Below, in pieces: positions 8,639-18,688 of a DNA stretch of 64,000 bases; the first letter of the stretch is position 1; each line of letters opens with the position of its first letter. This stretch comes from a virus: UHGV virus genome UHGV-0198810. One strand, given 5' to 3'. The translations under genes and the position numbers were made by a program. Under the pieces are notes generated by a model, which was not told where the DNA came from, made no database searches, and saw only the letters and a program-made list of their open reading frames with translations.

Positions 8639-8717
8639 CGGTCGAAGCTTTGAAAACTCGAATTTCAACCTTTCCCCTGACATAACGGGGACGTGCTATC
8701 CACTACACTAAACTTCT
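8639..8717 (-). tRNA. Aberrant tRNA-like element (9-nt anticodon loop, no CCA)
   Basis: D-arm GTGT..GCAC, TCCCC-GTTATGTCA-GGGGA, T-arm TGAAA-TTCGAGT-TTTCA, A1/G72 mismatch, ends ACCG. Confidence 0.55.
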
Positions 8718-8939
8718 AATTTCTGCTATTATCAATTAAATTATTGTACAGAAGATTTAATTGATTTTGTACGTAATAGCTATGTTACTATGGCTTTATA
8801 CTCACTACTCAACTATATTTATCGTATAAGCTGTTCATCTAACTCCATTTAACTACTGCTGCTGCGTCCTAATACTAGTACCCGTAAATGGGTGATACAA
8901 CAATTCACTCTATCTAGATATTAGGCTTCGTAGCACTTA

Positions 8940-8968
8940 TACAATATTTTGATTTTTGACCTTGTCAA
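8940..8968 (-). promoter_or_regulatory. Sigma70-type promoter upstream of the tRNA/ncRNA cluster
   Basis: TTGACA-17 nt-TATTGT. Confidence 0.6.
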
Positions 8969-8995
8969 TTATAATTATAATTTGTTTTTAATAAT

Positions 8996-9454
8996 TTAAC
9001 CTTTCGATACGTCTACTCTATAATGAGATTCAATATAGTCTAACTTATTCTTAAGCTCTCTAATCTCATCAAGTTTGTTTTCATAGAGAGTAAATACGTC
9101 AGGTTCGTCGTCATTTGAAATGTCTGAGTCGAACTCCTCGTCATTGGCGTGCTTAAGTAACTCTCTAATGATATCCTCCAATCTATATGCTTCAGATTCT
9201 GCGGTTTTAAGCTTCGTTTGAATTACTTCATATGTATCATTATCAAACTTACGAATTTTGTTAGTCATTTTAGAAAGTCTGATAGCATACTCAAGAGCAT
9301 CTCTTAATGTACGTAGCTCGTTATAGTCCTTACCTTTGGTATCATAACATACAACGGAACGCTTTGCATATATGTTAAGGACGACATCACACTCCTCTAG
9401 AAGTCTGTAAGCTTCAAGGTACGTAGGATTAAAGTTTTTCAAATCAATATTCAT
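8996..9454 (-). CDS. Hypothetical helical protein
   Basis: AAGGAG RBS behind tandem TTAGTTGA promoters (9501, 9609). Confidence 0.65.
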   Translation of the reverse strand: MNIDLKNFNPTYLEAYRLLEECDVVLNIYAKRSVVCYDTKGKDYNELRTLRDALEYAIRLSKMTNKIRKFDNDTYEVIQTKLKTAESEAYRLEDIIRELLKHANDEEFDSDISNDDEPDVFTLYENKLDEIRELKNKLDYIESHYRVDVSKG

Positions 9455-9637
9455 TATTACATTCTCCTTTATATAATTATATATAAAATGTTACAATTTT
9501 TCAACTAAAATTATTTAATTTTTACTAATTATTTTAGTTTTTTATTCATTAAAGTTACTACATGTAATTTAATTTATATCCATATTATATGATATAAATA
9601 ATTTTATATCAACTAAATTATTTATAATAATATATAA

Positions 9638-9982
9638 TTAAGAACTAATTTTAATAATTTTATCCCCTTTATGAGTTGCATATTTATTATTGAAAGTAGC
9701 GAGAAGTTGTTCCCAAGAAAGAACCATGGCATAGTTTTGGAAGATTTTACCATCTTCCATTCCATTACAATGTCCTACATAACTAACTATTGCAGATTCT
9801 TTGCTTCGAGATTTTGTAAAATAATGACAACCGTCTAAACTTGTGATTATATAAAACGTTTCCGGTCCGTCACCGCCCCAATTGTCGAAAATTATGTGAT
9901 TAGGGTGAAGTACCGACAGAATTTTGTCTTTTACTTCAAGTACATCACCCTCATTTTCATCAAGATATAAAGTTACTTTCAT
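9638..9982 (-). CDS. Hypothetical protein
   Basis: AAAGGA RBS. Confidence 0.6.
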   Translation of the reverse strand: MKVTLYLDENEGDVLEVKDKILSVLHPNHIIFDNWGGDGPETFYIITSLDGCHYFTKSRSKESAIVSYVGHCNGMEDGKIFQNYAMVLSWEQLLATFNNKYATHKGDKIIKISS

Positions 9983-10331
9983 TTAGTATTTTTATTCCTT
10001 TCTCCTAAGCAATTAAAATCTACTCACTCTAACAATATCACAGCAGTCATATTAGACATTATCTATCAACCGCAAATCAAGCTGACCGTATCAAATAAAC
10101 GTCATCAAAAAATCTTCTCTGCTTGAAATAATTTTGTTTTCTCCTCCTATCAAAATTACTGTGATGTTAAGCTTACCTTAGCACTCCCAATACAATTTTC
10201 TTATCTATAGTATAAGATATACTAAAGTTTTATTCAACTAAATATTCCTTAAAAGTTAAAATTCCCGAATTTTAATGTTTTGGAATTAGTTTAATTAACA
10301 TACTTACGGAGGATATTATAAGTATTTATGA

Positions 10332-10511
10332 TTAGAGATTAACATAGTTACTTACTAATACGTTTGGATTACGCCCTTTACCTAGTTTTTTCCACTCACT
10401 ATCATAAATGAAGTAAGTACTTCGGTCATCTTTTTTTGAAGTTATGTAAAATTTATCACCCGTAGAATTTTTAACACTTATCCAAATTATTTCATTCCCA
10501 TGTTTTTTCAT
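10332..10511 (-). CDS. Small hypothetical protein, 59 aa (below the ORF-track cutoff)
   Basis: MKKHGNEIIWISVKNSTGDKFYITSKKDDRSTYFIYDSEWKKLGKGRNPNVLVSNYVNL. Confidence 0.55.
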   Translation of the reverse strand: MKKHGNEIIWISVKNSTGDKFYITSKKDDRSTYFIYDSEWKKLGKGRNPNVLVSNYVNL

Positions 10512-10693
10512 GAATATTTACCTTATCTACTTAATCATTTAGTGTTTTATTATTTATATAGGTAATAATAATATGATTATCAGCAGTGTTAAATACGTTT
10601 ACTATTTTAATTTTGTTTACATCTTGTTTTACTACCCAGTCTTTATAAGACTCTACAGTAGTAAATAGTTTAACATTATAAGTATTCATAAAC

Positions 10694-10885
10694 TTAGTTT
10701 ACCTTTTCAGCCCCGGTTATAATTACTCGGTATTCGGCTATCGATATTTCCCCTGGTTTAAAATGAGCCTTTTTAGCTACTCTCCTTGCATTACCTTTTT
10801 TGTCATAATACTTCCTACCTTTTGTGTTTAATACTAAAGGTTGCAGTGTATTACTATCTACAATAGCGTATATCTTATCAAGCAT
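10694..10885 (-). CDS. Hypothetical protein
   Basis: In gene train. Confidence 0.55.
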   Translation of the reverse strand: MLDKIYAIVDSNTLQPLVLNTKGRKYYDKKGNARRVAKKAHFKPGEISIAEYRVIITGAEKVN

Positions 10886-10886
10886 C

Positions 10887-11177
10887 TTATATTTCAGTCC
10901 TTTCTACAAGTTCAAATTCCGGAATTTCAGCGTGTCTACCGAACATATCGACTTTATCTTTTAAATAGTTTGTAGACTTTTCAATCAATTCATGACATCT
11001 CTTCTCTGTCGTTAAATAAGGAACTGCCGAAATTTCCCAATCATCACAATCGTTATAACCTTTCAAATAAAGTTGTCTTCCGTAAAGGTTTGTTCCTGCT
11101 AATATTATGTATTTTTTATTGTTCAAAGTTTCTGTACTTTCCCACAAACTTTTCTTTTTTATCTTACCTTTACTCAT
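10887..11177 (-). CDS. Hypothetical protein
   Basis: Overlapping gene train. Confidence 0.55.
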   Translation of the reverse strand: MSKGKIKKKSLWESTETLNNKKYIILAGTNLYGRQLYLKGYNDCDDWEISAVPYLTTEKRCHELIEKSTNYLKDKVDMFGRHAEIPEFELVERTEI

Positions 11178-11439
11178 TGTTAATAACTTCCTTGTTTGTA
11201 CAAGGAATGACAGTGTTTAACCAATCATACTCATACTTAACAGCACTATCGAAGTCATCAAAGTTAAACAACTGTCCTGAAGAGGTTATATAAAAAGGTT
11301 GAGAATTGTTAACTATAACAACTTTTACATTTGCGTTAGCCATCTTCTCAGGTGTCATTTGTGAAATTATTCTTCTGTAGTTTGTCATTTTACGATTGTC
11401 AATATTTCCTGTTATCAAATCATTTTTATTAGAACTCAT
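11170..11439 (-). CDS. Hypothetical protein
   Basis: MTNY..I..MT.E.MA...EYDWL pattern; AAGGAG RBS. Confidence 0.6.
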   Translation of the reverse strand: MSSNKNDLITGNIDNRKMTNYRRIISQMTPEKMANANVKVVIVNNSQPFYITSSGQLFNFDDFDSAVKYEYDWLNTVIPCTNKEVINNE

Positions 11440-11612
11440 CTTTAATTCTCCTTAATAGTTATTTTCATACCATTCAATTTTATCCTTAAGTTCGTCCACT
11501 TGCATTAAGGTAGCTTGTAAATATTCTACAATGTCCATTCCTCGGAAATCTCCACGAGCCTTAACAAATTGTTCATAGTCGGATAAAAACTTTTCAACGT
11601 CACTTCTCAAAA

Positions 11613-12941
11613 TCATTCTAAACTTACCTCCTTCCCAATTTCTCTAACACTTACGAATGTAGGAAATTGTAGACTTTCAGTTCCGTCCTTATTCTTTGTA
11701 ACTTCTTTATATTTAACTTCAATAACTCTACCAATGATTTCTTCAGGATGTTCCCAATAGTATATCCTTTGTTCGTCAGAAAGCCCTGAACCTACACCAA
11801 CTTCGTTACCTTTAAAATCAACTATAAATTTACCAACTCTATTTTTGTTACGTCCTGTTCCGGCTTCTACTTTAATAACTTTCAAATCGTATGTGTAGAA
11901 TTTCTTAACTTTTATAAGATTCTTTGTTCGTCTACATTCATAAGGAGTATCAAGATTTACCATAACACCTTCCCAATCATTTTCTTCTGCATATTCGAGT
12001 GCTTTGTTAATTTCATTATGGTCTGTACCCTGATATAAAAATTCAACGACATCAATATTATTTAACTTATAGTCATTGATAATTGTATTAAAAATTTCTA
12101 ATATAGGACGTCTCATATTATAGGTTATTACTGATTTTCCATTTTCAAATTCAGTTGTTTTAAGTAAATCAAATAAAACTAATTTAAGTTCTGATTTGTT
12201 TTCCTTTTTAGAATTTGCAATACCTGTACCTTTTTGGAACCTTTCACTATCATTAAGTATTCCGTCATCTTTTAACAGTAACTCCCCATCAAATACATAG
12301 TCTTTATAATTAGTAAGAGACATCAACGTTTGAATATCTTTTATAATATGTTCACAACCTGTGAATTCTTTACCTTGACGACTGTATAGATGTCCTTTAT
12401 AGTAAAAACATCGTGTACCATTTAATTTGTGACTAATGCTTATCCAAGCATTTTCCGGTATTTTACAATTCTCTATACTTGTGCCAAGCATTACATCTAA
12501 TGTTTTAATAAAATCTTTACCGTATATTTTATTACAAGTTGTAACACTAACTCCAAGTCTTAAGGATTTAGTTACTATATCCTGTAAGAATTTCTCTAGT
12601 ACGGCTTCATAACATAAACCTTCGCCCTCAATAAGCTTTTCAATATAGTGATTTACATAAGCGATATCTATATCTCTACCTGTATTATTCTCTTCAAAGT
12701 ATTTAAGAAAATTTTCTATCCGATAGTCATAAGACTTTTCAGTGTGAACAGTATAACTAACATCTTTCTTAATCTTACTTGTATTTATTCCTGTTACTAT
12801 CATTGGGTCAACAATGAATTTTAACACAGTCTTAAATATTTGAACATGTTCTTTTGATTTAAGAAAAGCTTCTTTTTCAAGTCTCGATGATGTTTCTTGT
12901 AAGGTTTTGAAATCTAAATATAAATTATATAATTCACTCAT
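11613..12941 (-). CDS. lig: ATP-dependent DNA ligase
   Basis: Motif I KLNGTR, FDGELL, FDLL, WEGVMV, LIKVK, OB domain VGSG...EVKY...SLQFPTF. Confidence 0.93.
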   Translation of the reverse strand: MSELYNLYLDFKTLQETSSRLEKEAFLKSKEHVQIFKTVLKFIVDPMIVTGINTSKIKKDVSYTVHTEKSYDYRIENFLKYFEENNTGRDIDIAYVNHYIEKLIEGEGLCYEAVLEKFLQDIVTKSLRLGVSVTTCNKIYGKDFIKTLDVMLGTSIENCKIPENAWISISHKLNGTRCFYYKGHLYSRQGKEFTGCEHIIKDIQTLMSLTNYKDYVFDGELLLKDDGILNDSERFQKGTGIANSKKENKSELKLVLFDLLKTTEFENGKSVITYNMRRPILEIFNTIINDYKLNNIDVVEFLYQGTDHNEINKALEYAEENDWEGVMVNLDTPYECRRTKNLIKVKKFYTYDLKVIKVEAGTGRNKNRVGKFIVDFKGNEVGVGSGLSDEQRIYYWEHPEEIIGRVIEVKYKEVTKNKDGTESLQFPTFVSVREIGKEVSLE

Positions 12942-13060
12942 TTATTTATAACCTCATTTAATAGTGTATTCTTTATAATTATAAAGAAAGTCTTTAAAAA
13001 AGGTTTATAACCTTTTTTAATTTATAAACATATTATAATATAAAACATAATAAATTTCAA

Positions 13061-13972
13061 CTAATGTGCTTCAACGTCGGCTTCGTGAAGCAAATCAATA
13101 TATTTTTTTAAAAATGTCGGTAATTGTTTGTAGTATTTGGTTTCCAAATACGGTTCCATATGTACATTAACTAACCATGAAACATTTATAACAGTACAAA
13201 GGTCATCACCTTGAAGAAGTCCCGGAATTAAATAACTACCTACATTTTGGTGGTTGTAATAGTGTGCTATAGTTGTTTCTTCTTGTTTACTATTATGAAA
13301 ATCTTTTACAAAAGGTTTACCACAATCATGATATTCCGCAGCAGTAATCAAATATTTACTAACATTTTGTTTAGTAGACATTATACGTTCACACTCCTTA
13401 CAATGTTCTAAAATATTTAAGGTGTGATGAGGGTTATCGTGCGGTTCATACATCATTGAGTATATTTCATCTTTGAACTTCTTAACATCAAAATTCTCAT
13501 CGTTTATTAAATAGTTAATATGGTCCCAACCCTCATCGAAAAACGGTGGTTGATAAATTTTTACAAATTTATTTATAACATCTTTACCGACATGTCGTTC
13601 ACGATGTATATCTCTATCAATACAAACAGTTATAGGTGCCCACACTACTACGGCATACTTTAAAACATAAGGAGGTAATTTTGTTAAAAGTTCTTTACGT
13701 TTTTTACGTACAACGTTGGTTGCATCATATATTACGTTCACACCTCTGTCTAAATTTTTAAGTGTTCTTACTAACATTTCCTTAAAAACTCTATTATTGT
13801 CTTCTTGTGAACTCGCATTCCCAAACAACTCTTGTCGTATTACATCAGAGGATATCATGACTGTACCAGGTTTTTCACGTTTTTGTCCGTAATAACTTTT
13901 ACCACTACCGGGCAATCCTATTAACATTGTGAACATTGGGAAATTCATTTTAGATTCATCATCCTCTCCCAC
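13061..13972 (-). CDS. Polynucleotide kinase (AAA_33) fused to an HD phosphoesterase; likely start MNFP at 13948
   Basis: P-loop GLPGSGKS, SSDxIR, DATN; C-terminal HH...EH...HDCGK...H..EAD. Confidence 0.85.
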   Translation of the reverse strand: MGEDDESKMNFPMFTMLIGLPGSGKSYYGQKREKPGTVMISSDVIRQELFGNASSQEDNNRVFKEMLVRTLKNLDRGVNVIYDATNVVRKKRKELLTKLPPYVLKYAVVVWAPITVCIDRDIHRERHVGKDVINKFVKIYQPPFFDEGWDHINYLINDENFDVKKFKDEIYSMMYEPHDNPHHTLNILEHCKECERIMSTKQNVSKYLITAAEYHDCGKPFVKDFHNSKQEETTIAHYYNHQNVGSYLIPGLLQGDDLCTVINVSWLVNVHMEPYLETKYYKQLPTFLKKYIDLLHEADVEAH

Positions 13973-15072
13973 TTATTTTCGTCCCAATCTTGTGTAAATT
14001 CCTGGGGGTCTATGTATTTATCAAAACACTTAAATAAATAAGGTCGATACACCTTAGCTACTTTATTTACATAAGTTGCATAGTCCTTTCGGTTGTTAAA
14101 ATTAGGTATAGTGTTGTACAAGAATTTACATTTTACAAGATAATCTTCCATCTTCTGTTTAGTTTTCAGTAGCGCGTCCTTGTAGTCAGAACAATAGGTC
14201 AAAAATTCCTCCTCTTGTCCTTCCAAAATAACTCTAATTAAATGTTTTTCTGATATATTACCATTCATTCTCGAATAATGTGCTATCACATAAGCTGGAG
14301 ACTTTATTTTAACTCTGTTATTATACTTATCGTGAACCACGTATCCTTCTTCGTCCCAAGGCAATTCATTAGCCGCTGTAACAACTTCATCAAAAGTACT
14401 TAAATTAAATACTTTAGGAGTAAGTACCCCAATATCTATAAAACCCTCTGTGCATTCAGAATCTGTAAAAGATGTTAAATTATCTTCAATATCTCTTTCA
14501 CCAAGAAAATATACGCTTATATTTTCATAAGGCACAACTACCCTATTAACAGGGCTTACTAGTTCAAAGATATAAGTACTTTTATTATATTTACTCATTA
14601 CGGACATTAAATCACATAAGTCTATGGCATTAACAAATAATTCTCCAAAACTTTTATATCTATAATCATCAATAGGGGCATCAAATGCGTTTATTGTACC
14701 ATTTGTTGAAATCATATAATCATCAATATCCGAATTATACCACGCTTTGATTAAAGAACCATCAACTTTTTCGGTAACCTTTGCAGAATTCCAATCAATT
14801 TTAGGTACATAAGATTCTTGATAGTTTCCAAACTTATCAAAGGCGTGACAAACCGGTTTTGTCCATTCTCCTTCTCTAAATATTATTCCCCTACACTCCC
14901 TAACAATATCGTTATTGAAATCAGAATTTACTTTGTTATATTTAAACATTACATAATGTTTATCATTTATGTAATAATGTTTAGTTTTAACACAATAAGG
15001 TTTTTCACACAACAATTGTTCATAATTACTGTTCATGTCACAAAAACGTCCTATTTGTGTGTTATAAGTCAT
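13945..15072 (-). CDS. T4 Rnl1-like RNA ligase
   Basis: RECRG, FDKFGN, KVDGSL, FELVSP.NRVV, EEGYVV, RVKIKS..Y. Confidence 0.9.
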   Translation of the reverse strand: MTYNTQIGRFCDMNSNYEQLLCEKPYCVKTKHYYINDKHYVMFKYNKVNSDFNNDIVRECRGIIFREGEWTKPVCHAFDKFGNYQESYVPKIDWNSAKVTEKVDGSLIKAWYNSDIDDYMISTNGTINAFDAPIDDYRYKSFGELFVNAIDLCDLMSVMSKYNKSTYIFELVSPVNRVVVPYENISVYFLGERDIEDNLTSFTDSECTEGFIDIGVLTPKVFNLSTFDEVVTAANELPWDEEGYVVHDKYNNRVKIKSPAYVIAHYSRMNGNISEKHLIRVILEGQEEEFLTYCSDYKDALLKTKQKMEDYLVKCKFLYNTIPNFNNRKDYATYVNKVAKVYRPYLFKCFDKYIDPQEFTQDWDENKWERMMNLK

Positions 15073-15403
15073 AAAACACCATCCTTAAAAGTGTAACTCA
15101 AAGTCACACTATAATGTTAATTATTATATATATAATAATTTATCTTTACATTAAAGGTAACTAATTTTTATATTTAATACTTTTAAGTAACATTATTTAT
15201 ATATTTGACTTGTAATCTCTAGGGCTTGCTGTAAAGCATTTTTATATAAATATAATTAAATAATATTATTAAAATTAAAGTTGAAATTTTATTTTGTTAT
15301 TTGAGTAATAAAATAAGGGCTATAAATTACTTATAACCCTTAAAAATATTAACAATTAAATTTATTAAATTATAACAATAGTTTTAAAGCCCTTTAAACA
15401 TAA

Positions 15404-15811
15404 TTATATAAAATCTCTTGACGACATTCCATAGTAACCAAGGGGGTCTCTTTCGTATGCAAGATTATCTTCAAACTCTTCATAGGCTTCGTTTTCAAAA
15501 AATGCTTTGACATCGTCTTCCATAATTTCAGTGAGAATTTCTTCGTCAGTGTCCTTTACAACATGTCTTGCAAAAGAGACACTTTTAGGGTCTTTTGCAT
15601 CAAGTTTTGTACTATGATAGTCATACTCGTCCATAAGCGCTTTCACATCGTCTTTTGAAGATTGTGAAATTACCTCAGAAGCTAAGTCAACTACTTCTTC
15701 GTCGGAAAGTTTATCAAAAAACGGTCTTGTATCGACTTCGTATTCGTAATCATACTCATCGAAATTTCCTGCTCTGGTTATGTAATCAAACGTGTAATGT
15801 AAAGTAGACAT
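15404..15811 (-). CDS. Hypothetical acidic protein
   Basis: GAGGTG RBS; ends DPLGYYGMSSRDFI. Confidence 0.65.
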   Translation of the reverse strand: MSTLHYTFDYITRAGNFDEYDYEYEVDTRPFFDKLSDEEVVDLASEVISQSSKDDVKALMDEYDYHSTKLDAKDPKSVSFARHVVKDTDEEILTEIMEDDVKAFFENEAYEEFEDNLAYERDPLGYYGMSSRDFI

Positions 15812-15883
15812 TTATAACACCTCAAATTATTTAATAAGTTCTAACTTTTAATACAATTATGTTGTGTGAAAAAGAGGTAACCT

Positions 15884-16123
15884 TTAACGGGTTACCTCCA
15901 ATACATACATTCCAATGTAACTAATTATAAGTAATATCAGAGACATTATAATTCTTATTATCATAACATGAAATTCAATCAATTCCAGGTCACTCGCACC
16001 CGCAGTACTAAAAGCACTTAAAAGTCCTAAAATAAGAAACATAATACTAAGAATACTTAAAACTTTTCTTCTGCGTCTAATTACCTTAATTCTTTCCTTC
16101 TTAGTAAGTTTTTTCATTTTCAT
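15884..16123 (-). CDS. Small membrane protein (basic N-terminus, 2 TM)
   Basis: Hydrophobic helices; GGAGG RBS; own promoter at 16176. Confidence 0.6.
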   Translation of the reverse strand: MKMKKLTKKERIKVIRRRRKVLSILSIMFLILGLLSAFSTAGASDLELIEFHVMIIRIIMSLILLIISYIGMYVLEVTR

Positions 16124-16183
16124 TTCCTCCAGTACTTAATTTATACACATATTATAGTATTAAATTAAATAACAATCAACTAA

Positions 16184-16396
16184 TTATATGAATATTAATA
16201 TACCTGTAAAGATTTGAAAAAGTAACATTATTGACAAAAAACTTGTAACGAGACAAAATAAAATAAATAGTATTATTCTTTTTAATTTACATCTTTTACA
16301 AAATTCACCAAATATTATGTTATATAATAACACACAGTCAATAACAAAAACAAACAACCCTGTTATTAGTAATAAAGACCACTTAAATATTGTCAT
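16184..16396 (-). CDS. Small membrane protein (2 TM)
   Basis: Hydrophobic; AGGAGG RBS. Confidence 0.55.
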   Translation of the reverse strand: MTIFKWSLLLITGLFVFVIDCVLLYNIIFGEFCKRCKLKRIILFILFCLVTSFLSIMLLFQIFTGILIFI

Positions 16397-16405
16397 AACT
16401 ACCTC

Positions 16406-17152
16406 CTATAGTAAATCGTCTTCTAATATTAAAACGTTCATTTCTCCTGTATATGCTGTACATCTGTCAATAGCATATATTCCTTCGTTCTCGTAAATGT
16501 TCCAACAAGCATTGTCACCAAATTCAGACATTGTTGTTTGAGATTTTCTTTCTGCATCCCTAGCCCATCCATACGAACAGTGCCAATGTCCACACACTGT
16601 TGTTTTATTAGGTACCAGTATTCCTTTGTCAGCTAAATCCATACCGTTATACCAACAACTTTTAGACCAATTCCCATTTCTCCAGTTAAAGTCATATAAA
16701 GGAAAGTACGGTGTAAAACCTTTTATATTACAAGGTATCCAACCATGAACAAATACGTAGTTTTTAGTCTCAAAGTAGTCAACCATTTTGGAGTAAAATT
16801 CGTTAATTACTTTAGCTACTTGAGGAAGTGTATATTCTTTCTTTTTAACTTTTATTTTATTAACAAGTGTTTGAAATGTTTCATCGGTACCGTTTTGATA
16901 GTCATGGTGAAGAGGGTATCCTCTATCAAGATAACTTTCCATAAGATATTCATGATTACCTTTTACAAGTACAACATTGTTTAACGACATTAAATATGTC
17001 ATGACCTCATAAGGTTTGTCTCCCCTATCCCAATAGTCACCACAACAAACTAATAAGTCATTTTCGTTATTTTCTCTAAAACCAACACTCTTCAGTGTTT
17101 CTCTTAAGATATCGTAGTAACCGTGAATATCTGACACAGCGAAGATTCGCAT
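16406..17152 (-). CDS. Calcineurin-like metallophosphoesterase (Ser/Thr phosphatase family)
   Basis: DIHG, GDYWDRG, GNHE, VHG, GHWH. Confidence 0.92.
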   Translation of the reverse strand: MRIFAVSDIHGYYDILRETLKSVGFRENNENDLLVCCGDYWDRGDKPYEVMTYLMSLNNVVLVKGNHEYLMESYLDRGYPLHHDYQNGTDETFQTLVNKIKVKKKEYTLPQVAKVINEFYSKMVDYFETKNYVFVHGWIPCNIKGFTPYFPLYDFNWRNGNWSKSCWYNGMDLADKGILVPNKTTVCGHWHCSYGWARDAERKSQTTMSEFGDNACWNIYENEGIYAIDRCTAYTGEMNVLILEDDLL

Positions 17153-17267
17153 TGTTTATAAATCTCCTTCCACCTCTATTTTACTATATTATATTATTTT
17201 TAGTAGTAAAAAACAACTAAGTCATTTAAGTATTTAATAGACTTAGTTGTTTTATATAACCAGCTTT

Positions 17268-17954
17268 TTATATATGTTTTACTGTTGTAATATTTCCTTG
17301 AAATCCTAATCCATTAACTGTTCCGGAACTTCTTGTTGCTTTAGACATACTTTTGGTATCAACAATAAATTCCATCATACAACCATTAGATAGTGTGTAA
17401 GAATGTGTACTATCTGTATGTTTATCACTTTTAATATCTGCCAAAATAACTTTCCAGTGAGTACCTTCGTCTGTTTCTATATATAGTTTATCGCCAACTT
17501 TTCCATAATGAGTACCCATTGCTACACAATAGTAATCACCTATTTTTCTTAAACCGTTCTCGTCGGTTACCGCTTGTTGTTGTAATTTGTAGGCAAAACT
17601 GTTTTTATTTGTTATTGTTCGGTAGTCCATATAACTTTTGAACGATGAACATTTTACCTTTGAAACAATATTGTTATTACTTTTTTGTGTTTGGACACTT
17701 AAATTATCAATCTTTTCTTGTAACGCCTTGTTTTCACTTTTATACTTTTCTAACTCCTCATTCAAACTATCTTGTTCGTTTTGTAATTGTTCAATCTGTT
17801 TATTTAATAAATCAATAGTACTTTTGCTACCTTCAATTTCTTGCTTATAATTATATATTATATTATTAAAAGTATAAAACGTTGTACAACAAAAGATAAT
17901 AAGCGATATAGCAACTATAATTTTAATGTTAAACTTGTAAGATGTTTTAATTAT
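17268..17954 (-). CDS. Membrane-anchored coiled-coil protein with possible cell-wall (3D/DPBB-like) C-terminal domain; probable non-AUG start
   Basis: Frame open about 63 codons upstream of the tracked TTG (17765) and includes a TM helix; AAAGGAG RBS is followed only by ATC/ATA/ATT. Confidence 0.6.
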   Translation of the reverse strand: MIKTSYKFNIKIIVAISLIIFCCTTFYTFNNIIYNYKQEIEGSKSTIDLLNKQIEQLQNEQDSLNEELEKYKSENKALQEKIDNLSVQTQKSNNNIVSKVKCSSFKSYMDYRTITNKNSFAYKLQQQAVTDENGLRKIGDYYCVAMGTHYGKVGDKLYIETDEGTHWKVILADIKSDKHTDSTHSYTLSNGCMMEFIVDTKSMSKATRSSGTVNGLGFQGNITTVKHI

Positions 17955-18050
17955 GATACTTTACTCCTTTCGTAGATGACAAGTGTCATCTCCGCCGGTT
18001 ATAGTTCACAAACCTCCTTTTCTTTTAGTTTAGGTTTCAAGTTTATGTAA

Positions 18051-18080
18051 AATACAAACGGGATTAAACCCGTTTGTATT
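18051..18080 (-). terminator. Intrinsic terminator
   Basis: AATACAAACGGG/CCCGTTTGTATT stem. Confidence 0.7.
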
Positions 18081-18095
18081 ATTACCATTCGTTTA

Positions 18096-18623
18096 TTAAG
18101 CTTCCAAATCATTAAGTTTATAAATATTTGCAAACTTAATAGTTTGTATTTCATTTCCTGAACTACCGTTGTTTTTCGTGAAATACGAATCTATTATACA
18201 ATTTTTATAAGGGGAACCTTCAAGGGTTTCTGTAAAAAGGTAAATTCCTTCTTCAGGCCAAATTGTCAAGAACTTTGATTTTGTATTTGATTTTTCATTT
18301 AAGTTAGCAACCTGAAGGTAATAGTTTGTAGTAACTAAATTATATTTAACTTTGTTTTCAACAACCCACTTATAATTATTTGTAGACTTTCTTTTTGTAT
18401 CTTTTTCTTGTCTATTTTTAAGTCTTTCTACGACACTTTTAATGTTGTGATAATTGACACCTACTCGAGCACTTTTTTCAGTAAACTTAATTATCTTAAG
18501 ACCTTTTTTATTAAAATCAGCTTTAATAGGTAATTCTGTTCTGTAACCTATTCTAACAATTCTTCCATTACCAATGTCAGTAACCTTTTTAATTAACTTA
18601 TCTTTTTCAATTGTTCCAAACAT
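18096..18623 (-). CDS. Hypothetical protein
   Basis: AAGGAG RBS; promoter at 18681. Confidence 0.65.
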   Translation of the reverse strand: MFGTIEKDKLIKKVTDIGNGRIVRIGYRTELPIKADFNKKGLKIIKFTEKSARVGVNYHNIKSVVERLKNRQEKDTKRKSTNNYKWVVENKVKYNLVTTNYYLQVANLNEKSNTKSKFLTIWPEEGIYLFTETLEGSPYKNCIIDSYFTKNNGSSGNEIQTIKFANIYKLNDLEA

Positions 18624-18688
18624 TTTAATAATCTCCTTATTTAATTTATACCAATAGTATATATGAAAAATAGATTACAATCAACTAA

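Noticed and set aside
6600..8950. tmRNA, RNase P RNA or a known small ribozyme in the tRNA spacers
   Set aside because: No GAGGAAAGTCC, no tmRNA-type termini with a T-arm, and no correctly ordered CUGANGA/GAAA core found by eye
10015..10150. Small gene behind the strong AGGAGG at ~10143
   Set aside because: The frame has no canonical start at proper spacing and contains two stops; at most a remnant
15073..15403. Replication origin in the very AT-rich gap
   Set aside because: Explained by a terminator-like hairpin and a promoter variant; no iterons or DnaA-box array visible
977..17963. Stop-codon reassignment suggested by several in-frame TAA codons
   Set aside because: TAA, TAG and TGA all terminate conserved genes at expected lengths, and no suppressor tRNA is present; both CTTAAAA loops align as Leu(TAA)
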